Shown here in pieces: positions 45,735 through 58,007 of a DNA stretch of 64,000 nt. The notes beneath the pieces were generated by a model. It made no database searches, was not told the DNA's origin, and saw nothing but the letters and a program-made list of their open reading frames with translations. A program made the position numbers and the translations under genes. The stretch comes from Callorhinchus milii (taxonomy: Eukaryota), in assembly GCF_018977255.1 (NCBI RefSeq), contig NW_024704743.1, positions 186,001 through 250,000 on the forward strand, written 5' to 3'. How positions within the stretch are numbered: position 1 is the stretch's first letter; the number at the start of each line of letters is the position of its first letter.

Positions 45735-48700
45735 GCGTTAGTAATCTCACACAATCACATCGCTTTGGACGAAGAAAAAAGAGGGAGAGAGGGAGAGAAA
45801 CTCCCTTCTATTTTTGCGGGATCATTAACAGGATACAGACAGCTTTTAACATCTCCCTCGCCTCCTTCAAGTCACGCCACAAGACCCTTCGTCCGTGCCT
45901 TCGGCCACCCCGCTACCCTCTCTGCCCTCCACCCTCCCCAATCCCAACGCTCCCAGCTCGGGTCCTTGTGTATTCATTCACTCCTCAAGCCCTACCTTGT
46001 CGTCTCTTATTCTTATCCCTGTGGGTTTCCCCCCACCCTGCAGGTCTCTTTGCAGATCAGCCCTGTGTGGGACCCTGATGGTTTTGCCCACCTCTGCGGT
46101 GGTACCATTGTCTCTCCGTATTGGGTCATGACCGCTGCCCACTGCATCATAGCGTAAGTAACGCAGCGCCCCATCACGTCGTTGAGACGCCTCAAAGCGC
46201 TTCACGGGAGAACAATATATCAGTAACGGTATTAATCCTCTCCTTCGATAGAGCGCTTTATATTGTAAAGTAGATTTAACCGCGTATTTTGTGGGTGAAT
46301 CCTGCCAGCCAATTGGGGCGAGTGAACATTTTTATCCGGGGGAAGTGTTTGCCAGGACTCCGGGGGAGAGAACATTATTTGGTTAAATATTATTGGCTAT
46401 CTCAATTGTTCTTGAACCATTTTGCTTCCACCGTCCCTCTCCCCGAGGGGAGCCCGTTCCCTACGTGGCAGGGTTTTTAGAAGGTCCCAGAGCTCGGGTC
46501 GAGGCTGGATCGTAGAGAGGTTTAAACCGAGGACGCAGATGAACCTGGGAGGCCCCAGACTGTGGCTAACTGCAAAGCTTGTTTCTTGCCCAGAACCGAG
46601 GGGAAAATGTACCGAGTGGCTTTGGGAGAGCACGACCTCTACGAGGATGAAGGCACCGAAAATTACGTCGACGTGAACTACATTTACCTTCATCCTTACT
46701 GGAACCCCACTGACCTGACGCTCGGGTGAGTCAACGACAACATTTCCATGAGATGTGGTGTCGTGACTGTGCGACTCGTGGGCGAATGTGGCAGCTGATA
46801 GGTGGCTCCGCAGGACGCTGCTGATGACCGCGCAGCCCGGCCTGGCTCGTCGGCAGGACCTGGAAGTGATCAGTCACTGTGGCCAGAGAGTCATCTCACT
46901 CAGCTCCTGGTAACCCCGCAGCCAAAGCCCTAACTAACGGGGAGGGAGGTCCAAGCAGCGGGAAAGCTTGGCCGGACAGCGCTCTCGATGGCCGAGCTGT
47001 GTGGGGGTTTAGCTGGTTAGACTCCAGCAGTTACCCCAACGCACACTCTGGGCTCCCCAACACCCTACCCCCCCTCCCAAGCCTTGGCTCTCGCCAACCT
47101 TCGCCTAATACTTTCCGGAATTAAGTAAACGGGGGTGGGGGGGGGCGTCCCTCCAGCGAGAGAGAAAGAGAGAGAAAGAGAGAAACTCCTTTCTCTTTTC
47201 GAACAGCACTGTGGGATCTTTAACACCCACCTGAACGGGCACAGACGGGGAGGTTGGTTTAATGTCTCACCTCCAATAATCCAACCCACCCTCAGTGTTG
47301 CATTGATTCCAACGTGGGGGCTTGAACCCTCAACACGGGTGGGGTGCTCGAACCCTCAACCTTCTGAGTTATCCCTTGTGCTTTCAGCAACGACATTGCC
47401 TTGCTGCACTTGGCCGATCCAGTGTCTGAGGACTCAAACATTGAGATCGCGACACTGCCAACTCCTGGAGACACATTGCCGAGTGGTCACCCTTGCTACA
47501 TCACTGGCTGGGGGTTAATCCAAGGTAAGTCTCACCTACTCTAAAGCTTCGCGTCCCGAGCCGCTGGGCAGTCGAGGGTTATTTCCCGGGGGGGCAATAA
47601 TCCCATCAAAACATCATAATAATAATGATTAAATCCACGGTCGCTCAATCCACGGCTGCTCGTGTGCGCAATTGGCTGCCACGTTCCGCCCACAAGACAC
47701 ACAGTCAATTCACTTCCTTCTGTGAAGCCCTTTGAGGCGTCTCGAAGACGCGATCGGGCGCTGCATCGAATGCAAGGGTTGTTGTTGTTGTTGTTGTTGT
47801 TAATGGTATGTGACTGCTCCCTGCAGCCGGGGGTAACGCAGCGATCCGCCTGCAGGAGGCGCTGCTCCCCGTGGTAGACCACGCCACGTGCTCGAGGGAC
47901 GAATGGTGGGGCTCCGGTGTGAACCAGCGAATGATCTGCGCTGGAGGAGACGGTTCAAAGGCCGGCTGTCACGTAATTACGAACTCATGATGCACAGAAA
48001 GAAATAGGTCCCCATGGAGAGAGGGAGTGAGAGAGAGAGAGAGAGGGACACAGAGAGAGAGAGAGAGAGAGAGAGCTAGCAAAGGAGACGTGAAAGACAC
48101 TATATCACGTGTAATGATTCTCTCTCTTAATTCTCTTAATTCTCTTAAATCTGTGTCCTCTGGTTACCAACCCACCCGCCAGTGGAAAGAGTTTCTCCCT
48201 ATATATCTACTCCTCTATTCCAGAACACCTCCATTAAGTCTCCCCTTAACCTTCTCTGCTCTAAAGAGAGCAATCCCAGCTTCTCTAGTCTCTCCGCATC
48301 TCTAAAGTCCCTGGTCCCATTATTACTATATCGTTATCAGTATAAAATTATAAAGTGTTTATCTCTACCTTACCCAAAACCAGCGTGAAAGGGCTCCCGA
48401 ATAGTCACACCCTACTGAGCAGGTGCAAAAACCTTAAATACTTCCCCGGCTCAACCACCACAGGGCGGGGGGGGAGGGGGGGTGGGAGTAGTCCCTGTAA
48501 ACCCAAGGTGGGTTGAGTTTGACACACATCACGACAGTTCTTTTCCAACGGTCGACATTATATCAATGGACTTAACGCTGTCGCATCTCGCCCTCAGTAT
48601 ACACAGTCGCTACACTTTACACGATATCCTGTTGTTGTTGTTGCCCAGGGGGATTCGGGGGGGCCTCTTAACTGCGAGGGAACCGATGGCTCCTGGGTGG

Positions 48701-49263
48701 TCCAGGGCATCGTCAGCTTTGGCCCAGGAACGTGCAACATTTATCAGAAGCCAACGGTCTTCACCAGAGTGTCTGCATACCTGGACTGGATCAATGAGGT
48801 GAGACCGGGGTTGAGTTGGAGTTGCGTGTCATCTCCTCTTCCCCCTTCCTCAAAGTCTTCAGCTCGTCTCCTTCAGGCTCCGTCCTGCTCCACGTCCCCC
48901 CACCCGGCCCACCCCACCCTCAGCCTTTCTGTCCCCACTCTTTGGAACCCATCCGTCATTCCCTCCCCCTCGCCCCCGCCCCTCCCTTGCCTCCTTCGAG
49001 GCATGCCTCAAGACCTTACTCTTCGACCACCCTCCAACCCTTGCCCTCCCCTAACCCTCCACCCCTCCTGATCCCAACCCCCAGCTCGGGTCCAAATCCC
49101 TGACTGTCCAGCGCCTTGGGACGTCCGCCCGACGCGAAAGGCGCCGGGTCAATGACGTATTGAAGTACGAGTCCAACCACACCGCTACGAGGCGCTATCC
49201 CGTGCCAAGGTCGCTGCGTGACACTGAGTTGTTGATCTCTTCCAGGTGGTCGCTAGTAAATGA
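44445..49263 (+). CDS. Chymotrypsin-like elastase family serine protease, copy 3 (8 exons, intact)
   Basis: Exons 44445-44481 ([12 protein letters not shown]), 45611-45699 ([17 protein letters not shown]), 46044-46153 (TAAHC), 46594-46725, 47388-47524 (NDIALLHL), 47827-47972 (KAGCH), 48649-48798 (GDSGGP...[17 protein letters not shown]), 49246-49263 (VVASK-stop). TTATAAG at about 44407; AATAAA at 49327. Confidence 0.95.
45218..45598 (+). mobile_element. Near full-length tRNA-derived Deu-type SINE (others on plus at 28790-29135, 30165-30490, 39935-40286, 55375-55690, 62090-62475, 63715-64000)
   Basis: GGAGTCCTGTAGTGTAGTGGTTGGAGC...GGGTTCGATTCC head, conserved body, tail GTGATAAGGCGCTGTATCAAATGCAAGGATTATTAT. 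Confidence 0.9.
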
Positions 49264-49967
49264 TGGTGACGGGAGTCTGACTGAGCGGCGAGAGCTGGGA
49301 GGCTGAGAGACCCACGAGATCTCATCAATAAAGAGAGGGCACAAAACACCATCGTCTCAGTGTCTTTGTCTTGTCTTCCTTTCTTAGTTGATCGGCGGGT
49401 TCCTACTTACTGCGAAGTAAACAAGAGGCTTGTGTGTGTGCGTGTGTGTGCGCGTGTGTGTGCGCGCGCGTGTCTGTGTGTGTGTGCGCGGTGAGGAAAC
49501 CGCCCGGGAATCGAACCCAGGTCCTCTCGCTTGCGAGGCCGAGTGCTCTAACCACTGCGCTACAGCCACAGAGACCACACGCTGCGTAATTCATTTTTTT
49601 TTTATTAATTAAAAGTTTGGAAAACGGGTTCGAGCTGCTCGAATGAAACGAACAAGCGTGTAAATCCATCGCTATTGTACAGCGTAAGCCAAGTGTCTGG
49701 TTTCCTTCAATATATATATATATATATATATATTAAAAAAAAAGCCACGAATCCATAGTACCATCTGCGACAAAAATGATTGATTTTTATATTATAATGA
49801 TATATCTATTTACACAGTGAAGGCAAACAGGTAACTGCTTGACAAGTCATTCAATTCGTAGCATAATTTACCCCTAACACTTTGTAATAAATACATATCT
49901 TCCTGAATTTCACTTCAATATCTTACAGGGCCGCAGGCAGGAAGGAGCAAATAGCCAGATCTCTCTG

Positions 49968-49998
<31 letters not shown>

Positions 49999-52425
49999 TG
50001 AAAAGATGTCCCACTTGTCTTTTTGGCACAGGTAACAAAAAACGGACAGAGCTACAATAAATACTTAAATATAATCCTCGAAAAAAAAAAAACCCTCGCG
50101 TTCGACGTGGCGCCTCATCACGTCGTCTCGGGGGACGTCTCAAAGCCCTTCGGGGGATTTGCTATCAAGCGGTTTGACTGGGCGTTTTGCGGGCGGAACG
50201 CAGAAAACAATTGCGCTCGGCTGTGTCCCACCAACAGCCGTGGACTGAGTGGCCAAACGTTTGCGTGGACGGATTTATTACCCCCCCACGCCCCCCGGAA
50301 AGCGACCGGGTTCCTGCTTGCTGCTGGGGAAACCTGCCAAAGGTTTCGTCCTGCCGGGGAATCGAACCCGGGTCCTCTCGCTCGCGAGGCGAGTCCGCGA
50401 CCCGCTGAGCTACCGGACAGTGAAGCCCAAAGCCTTTTTTTTTTTTTCATCGTCAAACACTCATAAATAATCACAAACGAGATATAGAAACTAACCGAGA
50501 AGATAAATAAGTTGCAGCAATCCAGTACGGCGCAGAGGTTTAAATACTTCTTCCCCGGCCCCATCCCCCCACACCCCACCCCCCCCCCCGCCCCACCCCA
50601 CCCCACTCGCGATTTGTTTTGATATAAAGTGTATGTACAGTACAAAATCTTCATTTATAATTTATCGCCTTTCTTGATACATCGGACGCGTTTAGAAAAA
50701 GAAAACTCCCACCTTCTCTCTCTCTCTCTCTCTCTCTCTAAGCTCAACGGAAATCGTGACCGTCGGTTTAGACTGAACGGGGAAGGAACGAGAGAGTGCG
50801 CCGGGAGGAAGATAAGAGGTTAATTATCCTCTCTCTCTCTCTCTTTCTCTCTTTCTCTCGAGTGTCAAGTGGAGCTTTGCACTCCAGTGAAATTCTCCGG
50901 CGCAAGAAAGGGTGATTTTCCTTTAAAAGTAAAATGATAATAATAATAATATAATCGCGTTTGATAGAGCGCCTCATCACGTCTTCGAGACGTCTCAAAG
51001 CGCTTCACAGGAACACACCGGTGAGGACACGAAACAGACCCCCACACCTGGTTTTCAATGGCTTTCGCACAGAATTAATCAATAAATTAATCAATGGTTA
51101 GTGCTCATCAATAAAATAAAACCACCTTCGCTACACTGAAGCAAATTTTCCTTCAGGTACACCCCTCCGCATTTCAATAAACCCACGAGAATCAGAGCCT
51201 AATTGACACTAAATCAGTTTTAAATCCGTGTGAATTATTCCCCTCAAATTACAATATGTAATTCTTAAATAGTTCTTATGAGAGAGAGAGAGAGAGAGAG
51301 AGACGAAACGCAAAGTATTTCTTCCAAAACAACACCCCCATTCCCCCTCCTTGAGCTACAACTTTTGAGGACATTTCGCTCCAATAAGTTAGTTGTCTTC
51401 ACTCTTTTTTTTCTCTCTTTCTCTCTCCCTCTCTCTCTTTCTCTCTCTCTCCATCTTTATACACTCGCGATAAAAGTTTCTGATCATCGCCATTGATAAT
51501 TCCAGTAAAGTCTCTCTGTCCCTCCCTCACCCCCTCCCTCGATCCCTCTTTCCTTCTCCCCCTCCTCCAATCACTTCTGATTTCCGACCGACCGACCGCC
51601 TGCCCGGCTTTTCTCTTCCACCAAAACATTGGTAGGCGAGGTCTCCTCGGAGCTGAACTGGCCCCAGGGTGACATGTTTGGCAATGGAAATAATCCTTTT
51701 GTTTGACACAGCACCTTATCGCGTCGCCCGGCCTTCTCAAAAGCCCTTCGCGGGACGTACTGTAAAGTGTAGTGACTGCGCATGTTGTGGGCAGTCGGTT
51801 GCGCACAGCGGAGTCTCTGCCCCCACCCCCGCGAACAGTCGTGGAGTGAGCGACTACATTTTATGTGGGGGAACACCGGGAAGAGAGAGAGAGAGAGAGA
51901 AAAACTCCCTTCTCTTTTCAACTGTTCTGCCTCATTTCGCCCACAAAATATACAGACAACTCACTTTACGGTGTATCCTGTGAAGCGCTTCGAGACGTCT
52001 CGGGGACGTCTACGCCTGGTTCTCCTCCTGAAGCCCAGGGTAAATTTGGACCTTAAGTCATCCGAAACCATCCTCTCTTGCCCCCGCCCCCCCCCAACCC
52101 CACTCCCCCACCCCCCCCTCCCCTACTCCCTCCGTACCGCACGAGAGAGAAAGGAACTCTCTTTTTTATACAGCACCCGATCACACGGAAACACTTTGCC
52201 GTAAGTGTCAAAAAAAAACTTTGACGCTACAGTTAGCGATGAACGGTTGGTATTATCCAGAGTTTTCCAACTCCTGTTCACCGCTCGGTAATCAGAGGGG
52301 TGTGTGTGTGTGTGTGGGGGTGGGGGGTGTGCGTGTGTGTGTGTGGGTGGGGGGTGTGTGTGCGGGGTGGGGGGGCGTAAGGAAACTTGCCCCACATTGT
52401 GCCTTGCCCGAGAATCGAACCCGGG

Positions 52426-52461
<36 letters not shown>

Positions 52462-52864
52462 GAGCCCTCTCTCACCGCCGAGCTACAGGATTCCACCTAA
52501 AAGTTAAACGTTAACCCGCGGATGATTAAACCGTGCGAAAACCTCGGCTTCGGACCCGCCCGGAAAAACACTTCCTTCCTGCTCGCACCAAGCCGCTGAA
52601 TTTTGACCTGTTCCTTTCCAGGTACGGCGGACGCGGGTTAATAATACACCATCAAATAATCCTCGCAGCCTGATATCTCGTGGCTCGTCGCCTCGTCGAC
52701 GCGGCTCAAAGAGCTTATCGCAGCAGGTTTTTACTTTTATTTTAACTGCACGCCGGGGCGCTTCGTGGGCGAAGGCGGCGGACAACTTGCGCCCAGCGAC
52801 TTCCCGGTAAACAGCCGTGAAGGGGAGCGACTGGTTTTATCTGGGAGGGATTGGCGGCCAGGAA

Positions 52865-52903
<39 letters not shown>

Positions 52904-53617
52904 AAAGACTCCTTTTTGCCACAAGAACTTTAACGTCCACCTGAACAGCCAAAGACCGGACTTCGGTGTACAGGTTCGTTCGTGTCTCCGAAGTGTGGAG
53001 GACACCGGATTTTTTTCCTTCTATTTTTTTGTTCTTTCTTCCTATCTTCCTCGTTCCTTATCTTCCTTCCTTCCTTCCTTTCAAGATCCTCAGACTCCTC
53101 TCCAAAGCCCTTCATATCTTGGCACTTCCCCGCTTCTCCGACCTGCTTAATCCCCCCCCTCACCCCACCCCACCCCTACCCCCCACCCCTACCCTCCCAA
53201 CCCACCACTCGCTGCCCTCCGCTCAAACTACTCCCCGAGCACTCTCTCTCTCTCTCAATCCCTCAGTCTCGTCCCCTCCTTCCCCTCTGTTCGATCACGA
53301 CTGAAGACCTTCTTCGAAGACCGCGCTCACGGTCACCTCCCCCCTCCGCCGCCGTCGAGGGCCGCGGGACCCTAACCTGCGCGAGGGGAGCTGCGTAAAT
53401 GCAAGTCGTTGTCCCTTCTTCCCCGTTCCTCTTTCTCTCTTCCTATCCCAGTATCAGGAGGAGGATCAGGGGAGATAACTCCGGTGAATGAACCATTCCC
53501 AGCGCAGACTCGGTGGACCGTTTCTCCTCTCGGGAGACTAATCCGCATCCTGGTCCTCTGTGTTTCAGCGCCTCGCTCGCTGCTTTCAGGTGGGACCAAT
53601 CTTTGGGAAGCCAAGCG

Positions 53618-56600
53618 ATGGAGCCGGAGGACACGATGAGGCGGGCACATTCCATGTGGAACCTCTCCGTTTCAGACTCGGAAAATTCCCAAAGGCTGTC
53701 TGTATCCCAACTGGTGACCAGGTACGAGGTGTGGGGGTGAGGGTGAGGGGTTACCGAGGGGGTGGTGGGGGGGGGGGGGGCGGCGCGAGTGCGCGAGTTT
53801 GAGCGCCAATTGGAGAACACAAGAGTGCTGCGAAAATGAGATGATAATAATAATAATAATAATAATAGTCCTGTGGTTTGATACAGCGCCTTATCGCGTC
53901 TTGGGGACGCCTCAAAGCCCTTCGCCGAACACGACCGCGAGGTCGGAATTGACCGCGAGTTTTCGTGGGCGAAACGCGGCAGCCAATCGCGCCCGCAAAC
54001 AGTCGAGGGGCCTGACGTGAACCGAGTCGTCGCCGACGAGTGAGAAAGAGAGAACGAATTAAAGATAAAAGAGAAAATGAAAGGAGGGAAAGGAAAACCG
54101 AGGATGAATTAAAAAGAAAGATTGCGTCTGATACGGAGCCTCGGTCCTTGTTGTCAAATCTTTATGGTTAATAATAATAATAATAACCCTTGACTTTCAT
54201 ATATAGCGCCTTATCACGTCTTCGAGACGTCGTACAGCTGCTTTAGGCAAAGTCCAGTGCTTGCGTGGGAGTTTTTTTTGTGTGGGGATTATTACAGGTT
54301 GGCAGAGAGAGAGAGAGACAGAGAGAGAGATAAAAAACTCCCTTCCCTTTACGGTCCTTAACGTCCACCTGAACGGGCAGACGGGACCCGTGTTCCACGT
54401 CCCATCTGAAGGACACCCCCCTCAACAGCACACGCTGCCCGGTGCCCCTGCGTTGAAGTATCAGCTTAGACTACGAGTTTCCAAGTCCCAATATTTCCCG
54501 ATCCACTGTTCGAAAAGAGAAGGGAATTGCTCTTTCTCTCTCCTTCTCCTTCTCTCTCTCTCTCTCTCCTTCTCTCCCGGTTTCCTGGCCAACAATTCCC
54601 CCTCACACCCCAAATAAAATCGGCCACTCGCTCCACGACTGTATGTGAGACGTCACTGCGCGCAATGAGCCGTTGAGTTTACCTCCAAATACGCAGTTGC
54701 TTCACTTGACATTGGAACCCCTTCGAAGTTCTTCGGGATGCCTTCCCGACGCGAAAGGCTGAGACGTAAGGATTATTACGTGGGGTCCCTGTGGCTCAGT
54801 GGTTAGAGCCCTCGCCTCGGGAGCGAGAGAGGACCCGGGGTTCGATTCCCGGGCAGGTTGGGTTGAAACGTTGGGCAAGTTTCCTTACTCCACACACACA
54901 CACTAGGCCCTGAAACTCTGGAGCACCCAATCCCTCCGCCTCGCCCCCTTCCTTCCTTATCTTCAGGTCGCGCCTTAAGACCTTCTTCTTCGACCGTGCC
55001 TACGGTCACCCCACCCCACCCCACCTCCCCCAACACCACCCATCTTGGCCTCGTGCTCCTCCACTGTCAAGCGCTCTGGGACTCTACGCCGTGTGAGTTG
55101 TTGTTGGTACAAGGTGACTCTAACCCGAGCCTCTGTTGGTTTCTCTCTGTAGATTTCAGAGTATCCACGATCTGAGGAGCGCAGACACGGAGCAGGAAGA
55201 GAGGGTGAGACAAAAGAGGAAACGTTATGTGGCACATTGCCACGTTGCCACCGGTACATCTGTGGCCAGCGTCGCTCACGCTGGATCAGCACCGTCTATT
55301 AGGAACATGAGAGCCAGGAGGAGGCCATTCAGCCCCCCTCGAGCCTGTTCCGCCATTCTATTAGATTGGTGAGAAGTCCTGTAGCTCTCAGTGGTTAGAC
55401 AGCTCGCTCGCCTCGCAAGCGAGAGGACCCGGGTTCGATTCCCAGACGGGGTGAAACCTTCGGCACGTTTCCTCACTCCGCGCACACACGCCTCTGTTTT
55501 ACCGGCAGTCAGTAGGACGCTGGTTGTTAGACGACCGGACGAGGGTAATAATCCCTCCAAAAAATAATAATTTGGTTACTTAACCCACGACTGTTTGTGG
55601 GGACGCTGCTGTGCGCAATTGGCTGCCATATGCACAGTCACTTCACTTTACAGTATATTCTGTGAAGCGCTTTGAGACGTTCTCAATGATGTGGTTAATA
55701 TACACACACATAAACATACAGATACACACACACACACAGATATATACACACATAGATATACACACACACCAACATACACACACACACAGATATACAAACA
55801 CAAATATACACACACACACAGATATATACACACGACGCACATATACACAAACACACAGATACACACACACACACACACAGATATACCCACACAGACACAC
55901 ATACACACACAGATATATATACACACACACACAGATACACACACACAGATAAACACACAGATACACACACACAGATAAACACACAGATACACACACACAG
56001 ATGTACACACACACGCACACACGCGCACACAGATATACACACCCAGCTCAGGCCCGACTCCTTGACTGTCCAGCGCCTTGGGACGTCCTCCCCGACGTGA
56101 AAGGCGCCGTGTAAATGTAACATGTTGTTGGTGTTGTTGTTGTTGTGTGTGTAGCTCGCAAGCCCTGTCACGTTACCGTCAAACAAGATGGAGTATCTGC
56201 GTCAGCTGTTCGAGTGCCGAGGCCCTAAGGGGGGGGCGCTGGCTCAGAGGAAGTACAAGTCCATGGAGAACCTGTCCCAGATCCGGACCATGAGCCCCGA
56301 TATCAGGAACCTGAGGTCCATCTTCGAAAAGCCCTGCGCCCTGAGTCAGGGCCCCCCTCCAGCCTTCCCCCAGCCCAGCACCCCGGGGCCCGAAAGAGAG
56401 GGGCACCAGACCCCCAAGACACCAGCCCCTCGGGTCAAAGCCACCGATGGAGATGGCTTGGATGACGCTCCTCCTAAGCCCGACCAGCAGGTTGTCAAGG
56501 TGGGTACATGTCTCCCCCACTTGCTCCCCACTACCCCGCTCCCCAATGGGAGGGCTGTGTGGGTTTTTAGTTGGTTACACTTTAGCAGAAACCCCCACAA

Positions 56601-57925
56601 ATAATAAACCCCCCAAAAAAAACACAATTGGGTCACTTCGATCCACAACTGTTGTGCGCAATTGGCTGCCGAGTTTCACCCACAAATTACGATCCCCCCT
56701 CACCCACCACCCTACTCACTCCACTCCCCACCCTCCACTCCCCCCACCCTACACCCCCACCCTACACCCCCCACCCTACACCCCCTGTCCTACAGCCCCT
56801 ACACCCCCCACCCACCCCCCCACCAGCAAAAAAAGAATAATGGTTTGCTCTCATCATTGCCACAGGAGGGACTATCCAGCCAGACCGTCACCCCCGAGCG
56901 AGGACAGCGTCCGACACCCCTGCCCCGCAAAAGCATTTCTTCCTCAACCGCCAACAACAGACGTGAGTATTCACCGTGACCCGGGGACCCCCGACCCGGG
57001 CCGTCGAGGGTTCGGTCTCTAAATAACAACCACCTTTACATTTCCGTTTCGCCCGTAAAACACACAGTCACTCCACTTTACAGCCTATTGTGCGAAGCGC
57101 TTTGAGACGTCTCAACGACACGATAAGGCGCTACATCAAATGCAAGGATTATCATTATTACTATTATTATTATTAATATTATTAGTTTGCAAAGTCTCTA
57201 CGGGATGGAAACGGGCCCATTGGCCCAACCCGTCCGTGCCGGTGTTTATACTCCACGTGAGAACTCCTCACCTGTTCTACCGTGAGCCGAGACGATGAGG
57301 TCCTTGATTTGTGGGCTTCAACTGGGTCAGTGTGACAGCTCGAGAGCACTCGGCTCTCAGGCAAGAGGACCCGGGTTCGATTCCCACAAAATACACGCGT
57401 CATAGCAAATTCCGTGAAGCGCTTTGAGACGTCTCAACGACATCCACGAGGCGCTATATCAAACGCGAGGATTATTGCAATTATACAAATTTGTGTGGTC
57501 CAATATAAAACTATTATAACGGCAGTGAAGAAAAATTCTATATTATTACGTATAATAAAAAACGAAACGATTGCAGGTGATCGTTCGCAATGAAATATTA
57601 CTTTTCCGATAGCAAAGTTGTTGTGGTAATAATTAGATTATTACGCTTTTTTTATTATTATTATTCTTATAAAAAAAGTTAGGATTGTTCTATTCTAGGA
57701 AAATGCTAACATTGATGTACACAACAACAACAACAAGAAGATTGCATTTATAGAGCGCCTTTCGCGTCGGGAGGAGGTCCCGAGGCCCTGGACAGTTGGG
57801 TCGGGACCCGAGCATTGGTGGGGGGGAAATGGTCAGGGTGAGGGGAGGGAAGGGAGGGAGCAAGGAGGGGGGAGATGGTAGGGTGAGGGGAGGGGAGGGA
57901 GCGAGGAGCGGGAGATGGTTAGGGT

Positions 57926-57966
<41 letters not shown>

Positions 57967-57969
57967 GGG

Positions 57970-58007
<38 letters not shown>

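Noticed and set aside
51571..51690. Terminal coding exon of a minus-strand gene (...SPWGQFSSEETSPTNVLVEEK...)
   Set aside because: It has no acceptor site, the ORF runs into a SINE, and I recognise no homology.
57928..58006. Very long poly-G runs as a functional element
   Set aside because: They are embedded in a G-rich tandem repeat, and homopolymer length is likely unreliable sequencing or consensus.
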